NCBI RefSeq assembly: GCF_009914755.1
Contig: NC_060934.1
Source: the human T2T-CHM13v2.0 reference genome, Homo sapiens
Reading direction: 5' to 3' (one strand)
Length of the DNA: 64,000 nt
The notes beneath the pieces are model-generated. The model was given only the letters and a program-made list of their open reading frames with translations, was not told the origin of the DNA and did no database searches. Positions within the stretch are counted from its first letter, which is position 1; every line of letters starts with the position of its first letter. This document shows, in pieces, positions 28,013 to 45,150 of this stretch. The translations under genes and the position numbers were made by a program.

Positions 28013-28321
28013 TATTTATTTGTTTATTTATTTATGAGACAGAGTCTCACTCTGTTGCCCAGGCTGGAGTGCAGTGTCATGGTCTCAGCTCACTGCAGCT
28101 CTGCCTCCAGGGTTCAAGCAATTCTCCTGCTTTAGCCTCCTGAGTAGCTGGGACTACAGACACGCACCACCATGCCTGGCTCATTTTTTTTTTTTGTATT
28201 TTTAGTAGAGACGGGGTTTTCCCATGTTCACCAGGCTGGTCTCGAACTCCCGGCATCAAGTGATCCGCCTGCCTTGGCCTCCCAGAGTGCTGGGATTACA
28301 GGTATAAGCCACAGCGCCCAA
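28013..28321 (-). mobile_element. AluS
   Basis: TSD cacctgtgatcctat. Confidence 0.95.
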
Positions 28322-28590
28322 CCACCTGTGATCCTATTTTAATCAAGTGTTTTAAACCTTTGATATTTGACATACTTCCCCAAATTTCAGATTCTAAAAT
28401 TGTCTTTTTGAACTCAAACTTTTGGATATTCCGGAAAGGGCCCCTGGAAGCTCAAGAGAGACATATTAGGGCTTATTCGATATAAGAAAATCATGTGAGA
28501 AACATTGTCAAATAAGAAATGGTATTTAACTTGCTTTGAATTATATTTATACAAATATTCATGTGTTCCAAAATTATATTGGATTCCTGA

Positions 28591-29929
<1,339 letters not shown>

Positions 29930-29939
29930 ATTTTAAAAA

Positions 29940-30760
29940 AGAAATACATTCTTTATGCAGACCATCACATAACCATCTTTGACATAAATCACACCCCCCT
30001 ATATGTAAAGATTAAATAAGACCTCATAACCAACAGCAATGTACAGACCATGTTTACATCTTAATTTGAACAAACCAGTTATAAAAAAAAGGGAGGGGGC
30101 AGGTTTGAGATAATCAGGGAAATATGGATATTAGATATTTGGTATTAAATTATTTTTAAAAGGTATAATAATGACATGGTGAATATGTTTTTTAAATGCC
30201 TTACTAGAGGCATAATAAAATATTATAGGTAAAATGAAAAAGTACACGTACATAAGTTATACATGTTTTCAAAAAAACATTAGAATATACAAAAAAGTAG
30301 AAAAATTTACTCATAGTCTTTCTACCCAAACACATCATTATTGGCATTCTGTTTTATTTCCTGCTGGTCTTTTTCCATTAATTTTTTTCCTCATCCATGC
30401 TCCTACCCTTACCAAAATATGATTGCTGGCATACTGTCCTCACAATTCCTTCTTTGTATTTCAGATAGTGTTTGCCTCTTAAATCTTAAAAAGGAACTTT
30501 TTTTTTTTTTACCAGATATTTCAGAGCCATAAAACTCAAATATAATGTGTGTAACTTGTTTTGATCCCAATTCAGACAAATCAGTGGGAGAAAGCAGGGA
30601 AATGTATTCTGTGGTTTGTTTTAAAATACTTTAAAAAGAAAAATTATTGATAGTAGCTGAATCTGGGAGGTGAGGATGATGGGTTTATTGTGCTATTTAC
30701 TTTCATATATGTTTGAAATTTTTCATAATAAAAATAAAAATATTAAATTAAAAAAATAAA
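29940..30760 (+). mobile_element. Old L1M (MC/ME-like) 3' fragments ending in AATAAA and an A-tract
   Basis: ...tatgtttgaaatttttcataataaaa is a typical old L1M terminus. Confidence 0.55.
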
Positions 30761-30941
30761 AGACCCTGACAAATGCTCTTACATACAGGTGTCTGGTGAC
30801 TTTGGAAATCATACCACTGGACTAGGTAAAAAAACTTCCAGGACTCTAATTAAAAAGCTGATACATTCATAAAGATTGCTAACCCAACATCAAGCAAAAC
30901 AAGAATTACATGGAACTGAACTGATGGTGGACTAAAATAAT

Positions 30942-31163
30942 TTATTATTATTTTATTTTTAAATGTTAATCTATGTATTTATTTATTGATTGATTGATTG
31001 ATTTTGAGACCAGATTATGAGACTGGCTAGTTTTTGTATTTTTGGTAAAGATGGAGTTTCACCATGTTGCCCAGGCTAATCTTGAACTCCAGGGCTCAAG
31101 CAATCCACCCGCCTCGGCCTCCCAAAGTGCTGGGATTACAGGCGTGAGCCACCACACTTGGCC
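30942..31163 (-). mobile_element. Alu left monomer with a non-Alu 3' tail
   Basis: The reverse complement reads left arm + linker + CCAGTCTCATAATCTGGTCTC + A-rich tail. Confidence 0.8.
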
Positions 31164-32649
31164 CAAAATGATTTTTTGTTGACTTTTTATTTAAAACATT
31201 GCTGATTCTTTCTATGTTTTGTTTTCCAGAGCCAAGAAAATTTTTTCTTCTAAGCTATTCATAACTTACAGCAATTAGTTAAAATATACTTATGAACAAA
31301 ATCAAAACATTTACTTTTCTCTCTAGATGATTTCTCCAGAATTTAGAAACTATCCATAAATATTCTAGTTTTATGACAATCTAATTATTTACATAAGTTC
31401 CATAAGAATCTTTTCTTTTGTAACAGGACACATTGAAAACACTGGTTATTTTACCAAGGATTTGACTAAAATGTCATGTTTTCATATATGACCAGACTGC
31501 TTTGAGGGATTGAGGTTGACTTTATAAAGCCAATAAAGTTTAAAAACAAAAAAACAAAAAAGAGACTGGCCCTGTACCCTATCCACACAGTTCCCTTATA
31601 AGGTTCCTGACCTTGGGATAAGTAAAAAATGTCACTTTCTGGCAGGCCTGAGAACCTCAAGATACTTCAAGGACCTCGAAAAGTGAAAATTTCACCCAGT
31701 TCATACCGATATTAGAGGCACAGTCTGATGGCAAATGCTCAGCTTGCTTTCCTACCCTTGAGGCTTTTAAAAGTCTAATCCAAAATTCCTTATTAAAAGT
31801 TCCAGTGAAGTCCGTTTTTAAAAAGTCCATATGGTGAATCACTATTCTTGCTGCACTATACAAATAATCAGGCCAAATATGGTAAGACTAAAATTTATTT
31901 TACAAATAAATTGGTCCTAGTATAATTTGTATTTGATTTTTTTAAAAGGGGGACTAGAAAAAATACATATTAAAGGAAAAACCATAGTATACATGTATTA
32001 GATTCTAGCCTTGTCCATTATTTTTGAGTTTTTATTATTTGCCTGCAATTTAGAACAAATCCTAAATTCTTTTTTAGCTACAAGTCTCCAAACTAATGTT
32101 TTCACATTTTTCTCACTTAAAATCACTAAAAATTAAAACTGCTTTTCTTAAAGCCCTAAAGCTAGAACTTAATATAAACTTCAACAAAAATCACCAGAGC
32201 AACTTACATATTAACAGCCTTTATGCCTACAGATATATGGACTGTGCAAAAAGTTTGCTTGAATACCTGATTCAAACCATAATAATAATAATAATAATAA
32301 ATGTGTCAGATTGCCACTGCAACCTGAAGATGCTTCAGAGACTCCAATAATTAGCTTATAGACTACTCCAGACATGGACCATTGTTTTTCTTCTGTTTCT
32401 GTAGAGATGCCTCTTATTAAAAATATGTTTGCCTACCTTACATATAGAGGCCTAGCTTCGAGGGCCCATCTGCAATGCTGTCTTCTAAAATAAGACACAG
32501 CTGTTTAATTGGACTGGCCTATTCCCCAAAATAAGAGACTGATTTGATGAGATCTTTTGCCATTGAGTTACTAACTTGATTTGTCTTTTCACAGCCACTA
32601 ACTCAGCTTTTAATATGTGAAACTTCTAGGGAAGTTTTAGACAGGGAAA

Positions 32650-33392
32650 TGTTGGGGCTCAGAAACCAGTACTCTAAAATACAGTGCTTTGACATGCTGA
32701 ACGGAAGAAGCAGCACTGAGGTCTCTCTGGCCTCTTTCCCACCCCCGCCCACTGCCCCACCATCTCTCAATACTTTGTCTCTCCCAAAGTACAGGATAAA
32801 GTTGTTCTCTAAAATTCCCTCATCTGCTTGAAGTTTGGACCTGTCAAGGAAGAAAACGGTTACCTCTGGTTCCTTCCCTTGTATTAGCTAAACTCATGCA
32901 AGAAGAAAGACTGAAGTCTGTCAACACACCTGGGCAGACTTTTGTCACATAGGCTCAACAGACTTTGTCCCAGACCATTGTATGTTCTTCATTCCCATTA
33001 AGTTCCCCTAGAAATCATTCACTACCCTCCTAAAATCATCCACACTTTCCCCATCTCCCTTTCCCATAAGAAAAAAGATACAGGGTCAGGCATGGTGGCT
33101 CACACCTGTAATCCCAGCACTTGGGAGGCTGAGGTAGGAGGATCACTTGAAGCCGGGTGTCAAGACCAGTCTGGGCAACATAGCAAGACCCTACCTCTAA
33201 AACAAAACAAAACAAACCAAACAAAAACATGTAACCATCTATACCCCATTGCATAGTGGAAAAATCACTCTGCGATTCTCTCTCATGCATGCTAATAAAT
33301 GTATATGGCATTTCTCCTATTAATTTGCCTTTTGTTAGTTGATGTTTCAGTTAAACTTCCAAGGGTGAGGGAGTTTTCGCTTTATCCCTACA
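32650..33392 (+). mobile_element. ERV1 LTR (MER39-like) containing an Alu monomer (33083-33227)
   Basis: Starts TGTTGGGGCTCAGAAA after the purine tract, AATAAA at 33294, ends ...ccctaCA. Confidence 0.8.
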
Positions 33393-36279
33393 ACTCTCAA
33401 CTTCATTCCGGTTTACCAGAAGAGATTCTTTCTGTTGACAGTAGATCCATTTCCTTTAGAAGGAGTTCCCTCTGTTGCAGTGCTATTTCCCTGAACAAGG
33501 TGATGTACTATTGAAAACAGGATTCTTTAGCAAGTTGAAAACAGGATTGATTGTATATTCATTTCCCAGTTAGTTTAAGGTCACTTAGTGGGGTAAGTTT
33601 CCTACTGGTGTAAGTTGCAAGGACGTAAACATATTCTCCAATCCAAAGGACAGCTTTAAGAGGAGATGATTTGAGAATAATTCTCATTGTATATGAATAA
33701 TCTGTTTATAGAAAGTTTGAAATTTCTCATGTGATATTTTCTCAGTTGTATATGAATTTTTATGGTGGTAATTCGTTTATGTGATGTTAACTAGTTTATA
33801 ATCTCATTGTAGGATTGTGAGTAGGACCACATAGTTTATGAAACTGTTCATAAGGATTCTGTTCTTTGATTTTTCCGGATAGATAGATGGTTGGTTTAAT
33901 GGAGATTAAAACACTGACCCCACGTACTTCCTTCCTTCAAAGAGAATCATCATTTGACAGCATAGAAGGCCTCTTTACAAGTATATAGCTCACTAGGGAA
34001 TCGTTACTAAGACATACTTATAAATATTAATAAACATCTCAAGTCATTTTTGTTGAATTTACTTTTCAAGTATGTGCACTTAGAGGGCATTAAGTCCTGG
34101 TTGACTTTTCCTCATCAATGTAATCTAAGAGACTTCTAAGTTAATTTTAAAAATCTATTATGAAACATGTAGAATTGTGAAATCTATGATGATGTGTGTA
34201 GAATTGTTAGAATACAAGATTTATGTAGAAATAACTAAATATAAAACAATTTTTGAGAATGTAGTAAATATGCAGTGGAAGGGATCAGTGGATAGAAAAT
34301 TTTGGGTGAGTTATTTTATTACATTTTAATTTTTCTAGTTTTAAAAGGGGCTTAAAATACTTTTTTCTGATTATTATTGTCAAAATGTAATCATACTCTT
34401 CTTGGACTTCTGTATTCCAAAATAAGAATATGCAACTAATTCCTTAGCTGCTAGATCACTGTGGCATGGCTTGAATTTTATTATTTTAGCAGCTTGGACT
34501 TAATAAATTGAAAAAGATAGATATTTTTCACCTATATTTGTTTTTTTGCTTATATTTGTTTTTAAAATTAGTTTACAAATAGTTAAGTGGTGAAATGCCA
34601 AGTATGGGGAATTGGCAAAAAATAAAAATAAAACTGGTCTTGAAAAGTGAAGTCTCACATGAGGTGATAAAAGTTTTTTTTTTAATCAGATGTTAGTGAT
34701 TATTTAAATAAGGATGCTTTAAAGTTTCAATAGGGCTTTTATGTTCCTTACTTCATAAAGCTATTTCATAGCATATTGCTTTAACACTTTTATATGAAGT
34801 AGTATACCACCAAATATAAAGGGGTTGCTAACACCTTTATTTACATTTCAGTTGGGGTTCTGCACTTTTCCTTCTTTTTTTTTTTTTTTTCAGTCTGTGA
34901 TCCATTTCTGTCTTAATAGGGTGGTTGACAGTTCTTTTCAAGCATACTTAGAAAGGCAAAAGAGCCCTTTTCATAGTACTTATAAGGGGTCATGCTTCTG
35001 TTTTTTAGTTTGAATTTGATACTGCTTCATGAGTTGCTATGAAAGATTAGGAAGTAGGTCCAGTGGTCAGATTTTACCTGCCCACCCGGACTTTGCCCTG
35101 AGGTCAAACTCCTGATATTTGCTGTTCTGAATAGAGGAGTTGATGACAAGTATGAGCTGATACAAGAGGAAAGTTAGAACCATATCAAAGCTGAAGGCAA
35201 GAGAATTGGGACTCTATGAGAGACTAGCTAAAAGATAGATCATCGGGATTGCCCTCTTCTAAGGAAAAGGAAATAGCTGACCTGTGATTGAAAAGACTTT
35301 ATCATCCTGCCAATCACATACTTGCTAATGGAAGCCAGTTATCTCAACAACATCTTAAGTCCTACTGCTCTAGTAGACAATGTGGAGGATTAGCGGTACT
35401 GGTGCCACATTATGTGAATATGCTGCCTCCATCAATTTAAATGTGCTTTGTGAATATGATTTGTTCGTGTAAATTTTTTTTACAAGTAAAGCCTATCATC
35501 CTGTTACCCCCTATTCTGAAATTAAGTTGCTAAATGATGGACTTGATATACTTATTTGTGTCTGTTTTCATTTACAAAGACCATATGTTTTGTTAAATAT
35601 AATATTTCAAGTGGATTTCAGATGCATATGTGAAATTCTTTTGGCAATATATGAAAACTTAAAAAAATTTAAACTATATTAAGATTCTTTGTATAATATG
35701 CAGTATTCAGTGATAATTTTTTATAACTTATTTTTTTAATAACTCATTCTTAATACATAGAGATATTTCACTAAATATCACTGGGAAATGAGGTATCACA
35801 TATAACTGAATTTTCCAGGTGACCAAAGATTATTTTTTAATCGCCAAAGCTTTTTAAATATAGCCATTTTGATGGAAAACTTTAAAGAAGGTGTCTCTCA
35901 CTTTCATAGCTTCTAACGGCATATAATTTCCACAGTAGATTGAGCATCCATTGCTTCACTAATACTATACTAAATCCTCTTTAACTGATCCTGTTGCATT
36001 TTGTGAGAAGTTACTTACACTGGCAAGATATCATTATTTCATTTGATCGTATCTTGATAATCTTTTAGAAAATATGGAGAAGTTTAGGTAGGTCAAATGA
36101 TAAAGCAGTAAGGTGGGTTTCAAGCTAATGAAACAATCCTTTGCCCAAAGAATGCTGGCTGATGTATTGTTACCACCCTAGAGCTTCATTTCCCAAAGGG
36201 TCTTTCCAGGAACACTGATTTCTCAAGATGAGAAAAGGTTTCCAAGTCAGGTAAGTTTGGGAAGCACTTTATATTTTAA

Positions 36280-36598
<319 letters not shown>

Positions 36599-36759
36599 TT
36601 TTATTAGAATTTTAAAGATAGGAATTCTGCAGTAACCCAGCATTCCCAAACTCATTACAGGGCACCTCCCTCACTTATTTTAGGGTTTATTACATGAAAC
36701 ATCCTTTGGCAAATGCTTTAAGGAAGATGCTGGCAGTGCCCTCTAAATGTCTTTCTTTG

Positions 36760-37320
36760 ACAGTTTGGGATCAACAGTTTTCTTTTCTCTTTTTTTCCTG
36801 GAAAGCCCGACCGCAGGGATCAACATATTTTTAAAATAATAATTTGAGTTAAGAAATAGAAAAAATACAAATTGTATGTGTAGATTATATGAAGCCAGGA
36901 GAGTTACCCAAGATGACAGGAGACAGAATCAAAGTATTCTGAGTAGGCTTGAGTGATGAGCTGAAGCCAACAAAGTTAAATTTAGTAAGAAAAATATTAA
37001 GTCTATGTTTAACTTTTTTAAAAATAATGTTTTTTAAATTTCAGGTTTTAGGAAATCTGACTTACAATGCGAAAAAGATCTGGTAGTTTTAGTTAACCTC
37101 CATGAACAAATTGTGTGATGGTAATTCCTAGACTGCATTCATGAAATTGTGGTATTTGGATTAGACCACTGTGCTTTGGGGCTGTTAAGACTATGCCTGT
37201 GTATTGCATGATGACATAGACACTCACAAATTGGAGAGCACCTAAAAAGAGAGTTACAAGGCTAGTGAGGGATGAGATACCTTGTCATATGAGAAGCCAT
37301 TTTTAAATTTTGGGACATTT
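36760..37320 (+). mobile_element. Degraded CR1/L3-like LINE
   Basis: RT-tail-like motifs (gctgaagccaacaaagttaaatttagtaag; aaaagatctggtagttttagtt). Confidence 0.45.
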
Positions 37321-39902
37321 AATTTAAAGCTTAGAAGTGTAGCTTTGCAGAGGAATATAAAATAGGTTTTTATTGGCCTAGATATATGAGTCAAGTGTAC
37401 TATTTTCTTCTTCCAAATATAATCCTATGCCACAATAATAATTTACTTAACCCATTCAGGATTAGGTCTTGTTTTCAAGTATTTAATTTATTTCAAGTAT
37501 TTTAATTTTGGGCAAACTAGAGAAAAGAGGAGTGGTCATTCCTTTGAATGATATGTAGAGAATTTGAAAGGGAATTTTAAATGTGCAAAATATATGTGGA
37601 TCTCATAGCACTTTCAAATAAATGTTTTATTAAAGTACATTATGCATTCGGGCAAATCATATGTATACTGCTGCTGATTTTTCACCAGGTGACTACATCT
37701 ATAGAACACATAGATCAAGAAAGAGAACTTGACCAGTACCTCAAAAGAGAGCCCCCACCCCACACTGTGCCTCTTTCTAGTCATTCTTCTCCTCCCTTTC
37801 AAGGATAACCACTATCATGACTTTTAACACCAAAGATAAAAGTAGCCTAAGTTTTAACTTTGTATACACCAAATCATGCAGGATAACTTTTGGTTCTGCT
37901 TTCTTTTGCTCATTGTCTTTGAAATTTATCCATGTTGTTACGTATAGCTGTGGTTCATTCACTCCCTTCGTTGTGTAGTCTACCCTTGTACAAATATACC
38001 ATAATTTATGTATATGTTCTGCTCTTGGTAGACATATGAAGTGATTCCAGTTTTGCTGTTACAGTAGTACTAACATGATCATTCTTTTACATGTCTTTTG
38101 GTAAACATATGCACACATTTCCGTTTGAGTGTTTACCTAGGAGTGGAATTGCTGAGTCAGGGAGTGTATACACATGATCAGTTTTAATAGATACTGTGAA
38201 GCATTTGTGCTAGTTTATACTTCAGCCATCAGTGTAGAGAAGTTCTAGCTGTTCTGCATCCCTGTTATCACCTGGTATTGTCTGTCTCTTCTTTTTTAGC
38301 CATTCCAGTGGCTGTGTGGTAGTTTTACACTGTGGTTTTAATATACAGGCATACCTTGCTTTACTGTGCTTTGCTTTGTTGCAATTCACAGATAATGTGA
38401 TTTTTACAAATCTAAGGTTTGTGATACTGCTGCATCCTGGAAGTCTTTCAGTACCGTTTTTCTAACAGCATATGGTCACTTAGTATCCTTGGTCACATTT
38501 TGTAATTCTCACAGTATTTCAAACTTTTTCATTATTACTATGTCTGTTTTTGATCTGTGATCAGTGGTCTTTGATGTTACCATTGTAATTGTTTTGGGGT
38601 GCATGAACCACACCCATATAAGATGATGAACTTAATCAATAAACCTGTGTGTTCTGACTGCTCTACCAACCAGCTGTTCCCGTCTCTTCCTCTCCTGGAG
38701 CCTCCCTATTCCCTAAGAGGTAACAATATTGAAATTAGGCTAATTAATAATCCTACAGTGGCCTCTAAGTGTTCAAGTGAATGGAAGAGCCACATGTCTC
38801 TCACAAAAGCTAGAAATGATTAACTTAATGAGGAAGGCATGTCGAAAGCTGATAGACCAAAAGCAAGGCCTCTTGCACCAAACAGCCAAGGTGTGAATAC
38901 AAAGAAATAATTATTGAAGGAAATTAAAAGTGCTACTCCAGTGAACACAAGATTGATATGAGAGCAAAATAGCCTCATTGCTGATATGGAGAAAGTCCGA
39001 GTGTTCTGGATAAAAATGAAACCAGCCACAGCATTCCCTTGAGCCAAAGTATAATCCAGAGCAAGGAGGGCCTAACTCTGTTCAATTCTATGAAGGCTGA
39101 GAGAAGTGAGGAAGCTGCAGATGAAAAGTTTGAAGGTAGCTGAGGTTGGTTCATGAGGTTTAAGGAAAGAAGCCATCTCCATAACATAAACGTGCAAGAT
39201 GAAGCAGCAAGTGCTAATGGAGAGGCTACAGCAAGTAATTTATCCAGAAGATCTAACTAAGATAATTGATGAAGTGGCTACACTAAGCAAGAGATTTTCA
39301 GTGTAGATCAAACAACCTTCTATTGGAAAAAGGTATCAACTATGACTTTCATAACTAGAGAAGAGAAGGCAATACTTGGTTTTAAAGTTTCAAAGGACAT
39401 TCAGACTGTCTTGTTAGGGACTAATGCATCTGGTGACTTTAAGTTGAAGCCAGTATTCAATGACCATTCCAAAAACCCAAGGGCCCTTAAGAATTGTTAC
39501 ATCTGCCTGTGCTCTATAAATGGAACAACAAAGCCTGGGTGACAGCACATCTATTTATAGCATGGTTTGTTGAATATTTTAAGTGCACTGTTGAGACCTC
39601 CTGCTCAGAAGAAAAGAATCCTTTCAAAATATTACTGCTTATTATCAATGGACTTCATCACTCAAGAACTCTGATGGATATGTACAAGGAAATAAATGTT
39701 TTCATGCCTGCTAACACAGCATTCATTCTGCAGCCCATGGATCAAGGAATGATTTCAACTTTCAAGTCTTATTATTTAAAAATACATTTTGAAAGGCTAC
39801 AGCTACCATAGAATAGTTCCTCTGATGGGTCTGGGCAAAGTCAACTGAGAGCCTTCTGGAAAGGATTCTCCATTCTAAATGCCATTAAAGACATTTGTGA
39901 TT

Positions 39903-40192
39903 GGTCGTGGCTCACCCCTGTAATCCCAACACTTTGGGAGGCCGAGGTGGGAGGACTGCTTGAGGCTGGGAGTTTGAGACCAACCTGGACAACATAAGGA
40001 GACGCTGTCATATGTTATTTTTTTTAAAACTAGCCAAGCATGGTGGTGCTTGCCTGTAATCCCAGCTACTCTGGAGGCTAGGTGGGAGGATCGCCTGAGC
40101 CCTGGAGGTCGAGACTTCAGTGAGCCATGATCGTGCCACTCCACTCCAGCCTGGGCAACAGAGCAAGACCCTGTTTCAAAAAAAAGAAAAAA
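39903..40192 (+). mobile_element. AluJ within Tigger1
   Basis: J diagnostics; no TSD visible. Confidence 0.9.
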
Positions 40193-40434
40193 GTTTCCAT
40201 TCCTCATGGATGATTTTGAGGGGTTCAAGACTTCAGTGGAGGAACTAACTGCAGAAGCCGTGGAAATAGCAAGGAAACTAGAACTGGAGCCTGAAAATGT
40301 GATTGAGTTGCTAAAATCTCATGATAAAATTTGAATGGATGAGGTATTACTTCTAACGGATAAGCAGGGAAAGTGTTTTTTTGAGATGGAATCTACCCCT
40401 GGTGAAGAGGCTGTTCACAAGGAAATTAGAATAT

Positions 40435-40739
<305 letters not shown>

Positions 40740-41764
40740 TTAGAATATTACATAAACTTAGTTGATAAAGAAGTGGCAGAATTTGAAAGGATTGACTCCA
40801 ATTTTGAAAGATGTTCTACTCTGGGTAAAATGCTGCCAAACAGTATCCATGCTTCAGAGATACCTTTTGTGAAAGGAAGAGTCAATTGATGCAGTAAATT
40901 TCATTGTTGTCTTTTTTTAAGATATTGGCATAGCCACCTCAGCCTTCAGCAATCACCACCCGAATGAGTCAGCAGCCATCCACACTGAGGCAAGAGTCTC
41001 CACCAGCAAAAACATTGCTACTGGCTGAAGGCTCAAATGATCATTAGCATTTTTTTTGTAGTAAAGTACATTTAATTAGGGTGTGTACGTTGTTTTTTCA
41101 GACATGCTATTGCACACTTAATAGACTATAGTGTAAACATAACTTTCATTTACACTGGGTAACCTAAAAATTTGTGTCACTCACTTTATTGTGATAATCA
41201 TTTTATTGAGGTTGTCTGGAACCAGACATATAGTATCTCCGAAGTATGCCTGTTTATTTCTTGATGACTTATAAAATTGAATTTTTTTCATCCATGTATT
41301 TGCCATTTGAATGTTCTCTTTTGTGAATAACCTGCCGAGATTTGAGGCCATTTTTCTCTATTGGGTTGTCTATGTCTGACTGATATATAGAATTTCTTTG
41401 TATATTCTGAATGGGAGTTCTTTATCAGGTCTATGTATTGTTGTAAATGTCTTCTACTCTGTTGCTTGTCTGTTCACTCTTAATAGTGTCTTTTGATGAG
41501 GAGAAGTTCATAATAGTAATGAAATCCAGTTTATTATTTTTTATGATTCTTTTAATGTCCTGTTTAAGAAATCTTTGCCCTACCCCTGAAATCACAAAGA
41601 TATTTTCCTTTGTTTTCTTCTGTAATTTTATTGTTTTACCACTCATATTTAAGTTTATAATCCATCCAAAGTTGATTTTTATGCATAGTTTGGGATGTAA
41701 AGTTCCAGATTCATTTTGTTCTGTATGGTTATTCAATTGACCTAGCATCATTTATTGAAAATAA

Positions 41765-42246
<482 letters not shown>

Positions 42247-43274
42247 AAAAAAATGGTAAATTTTCAAAAATAATTTGAACTTCTAAAAAAAGCATTCAGA
42301 TAATTTTATGAAGTTTGATAATTACTAGAGAATTAATGCTGCTTAGATGCAGTAAACCAGTCAGTCATACAGAATAACTTGTTTTTAAGAAGCATGAACA
42401 GTAACACAGGATTCCTTGTGAAGAATGAGAAGATTTAATTGAGAAATTAAAATACCAGCTCATGTAGAGTTCAAATCCTAACAGTTGTTGGATTCCTTAG
42501 TGACTCATCAAGGCTGTTGTTATTGAGCCACAGTCTGCAAGTATGCAGAGAAAGTATGCAGTCTCCAAGTATGGAGAAAAATAAAGAATATGTTTTTACT
42601 TTTTTCTCTTACTAATATACTTCATAAATTATAAATGAGATGGGAACAATTTGAAGGGTAGATGTTTTAGTAAAATGATCAAGATAGGTTCTGTGTTTTT
42701 CTGTTTGTTGTAGAGTGTCTCATAGTATTATTAACAAAAAAGAAATACAGTTAAAGTGACATTTTTCAAGATACACCTCCCCTTAAGGCAAACAATCTAA
42801 TTTTTGCCAAAATAAGAACCTTAAAGCCAAACTTCCAGGAAGAAAACAGTATTACTATTTAGTGTACTAAAAATAGGATGAAAAAATGCTGTAAGTCCTT
42901 TAGAACTTACAGATATTTTTGGCCCAGATGGTTTACTTTTCACGTTAATTTAGCTGTGAGCACCTACAGATGCAGAAAGAGAAGGAGGTAGAGGAACAAA
43001 AGCTACTTTGTTCAGTTGATCTCTTTACCTGACACCAAGCCCTCCCTGCCAGGTAAGAGGGGAAATTTACACCTAGATATGTTCTTTTTCCTGTCATCAC
43101 TTCTTTGATGCAACATCATTTTTTAAAGAATACTTTAAAAAAAAAGTCATTTTGTTACCCTGCACATGAATCTTTTTATTAATTGAAACCAGGGAAGATT
43201 CTCTGCCTCCAGGAGTTCAGGAATTATTTCTGAAGGTAAAGCCCATTCTTTTTCATTTTTTAGTTGGTTTTTAA

Positions 43275-43721
<447 letters not shown>

Positions 43722-44009
43722 TAATACTACCCCTCACTTCATAGATTTGTTTTCTAATAAGACAAATGCACATATCATGAAGATATATGCCATTTCTTTC
43801 ACGATAAATTGTTAAGTCTGGGCTTCTCAATATAATACACTGCAAGAGGACTAAGCAACCATTAGCCATAGGCATTACACATTTGACCACTCTTATGTTC
43901 TACCACTTTATAGGGAAATCTGTTATGAATAATTTGTAGTTTTCTATTGATTTTTTCCCCCCTTAGCCTTCGTCTCCACAGACAGGAATTTGTTGTAACA
44001 TAGATTGCA

Positions 44010-44230
44010 GACTGGGTGTGGTGGCTCATGCCTGTAATTCCAGCAGTTTGGGAGGCTGAGGCAAAAAATCAGCCAGGTATTGTGGTGCACACCTGTAGTC
44101 CCAGCTAGTCAGGAGGCTGAGTCAGGAGGATTGCTTGAGCCTGGGAGTCAAGGCTGCAGTGAGCTATGATTGCACCACTGCACTCCATCCTGGGCAACAG
44201 AGCGAGGGTCACAAAAACAACAGCAAACAA
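44010..44230 (+). mobile_element. AluJ with a left-arm internal deletion
   Basis: gaggctgaggca jumps to the linker aaaaatcagcc; TSD aac(a/g)tagattgca. Confidence 0.85.
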
Positions 44231-44487
44231 CAACGTAGATTGCATTGCACAAAGGTCATTACATGCCTTTACGTCAGGGGTTCCAACTTGAGAACCATGG
44301 GTTGGTTTTAGGAGGTTCAAGCAGAATTTTGTATGTGCATTTTTCTGAGAAGAAAGTCTAATGTTTTCATCTCAAAGGCAGCATATGTGACCTAAAAATA
44401 GATAGCTACACACCACTACTCCAGCAAAACTGAAAGCTGTCCAGATTAAGCCAGATCACCAAGAGCTGCCGTATTTTCAGATGTTTC

Positions 44488-45150
44488 TTCATTTACTCGA
44501 CAAATGTTTGAGCACCTGCTTTGGGCACTGTTTTAAGTGCAGAAGACAGTGGTGAACAAGATAGGCAGGATCCCTCCTCTCACAGTCCCCCTTTGTTGGA
44601 GGGAGATCCACAACAAAGAGTGCTAATTTAAATAGTTTTAGATGGAATTTCAAATAGCTTTTAGATGGTATGAGAAAAATAAAACAGGTTAATGTGATAG
44701 TGACTGGAGGTGAGGTGGGCCACTTCAGATTTGGTGATCAGGGAAACCCTCTTTAAGGCGGTGGCATTTGAGCACATAACTGAGTGAAATTGGGAAATAT
44801 AGGGAAATAGCATTCCTGGCAGAGGGAAGAGCAAGAGCAAAGTCCTAAGGTGCTGTTAGGAAAGAGAAAGGGTAATAGTATGGCTATAATGTAGTGTGCA
44901 AGAGGAAGAGGGGCAAATGAAATTAGGAGGATTATCAGAGCCAAATCATGTAAGGCCTTGAGGGTTTTGTTAAGGAGTTTGGATCATAGGTATGATGGGA
45001 AATCATTCAAGGGTTTCAAGCAGGTTAGTGTCATACTCTGATTTGTATTTTGAGAGTTTATTCTGGCTGTTTTAAGGAGAATAGATTTAAAAGGGACAAA
45101 ATTAGAATCAGGAAGAGCAATTAGATGATTGTTTTGGTAGTCTAGACTAC
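44488..45150 (-). mobile_element. L2 fragment
   Basis: catttactcgacaaatgtttgagcacctgc...gcattcctggcagaggga. Confidence 0.7.

Noticed and set aside
39342-39811. Transposase ORFs as a domesticated TIGD-like gene
   Set aside because: Frameshifts, stops and two Alu insertions break the frame.
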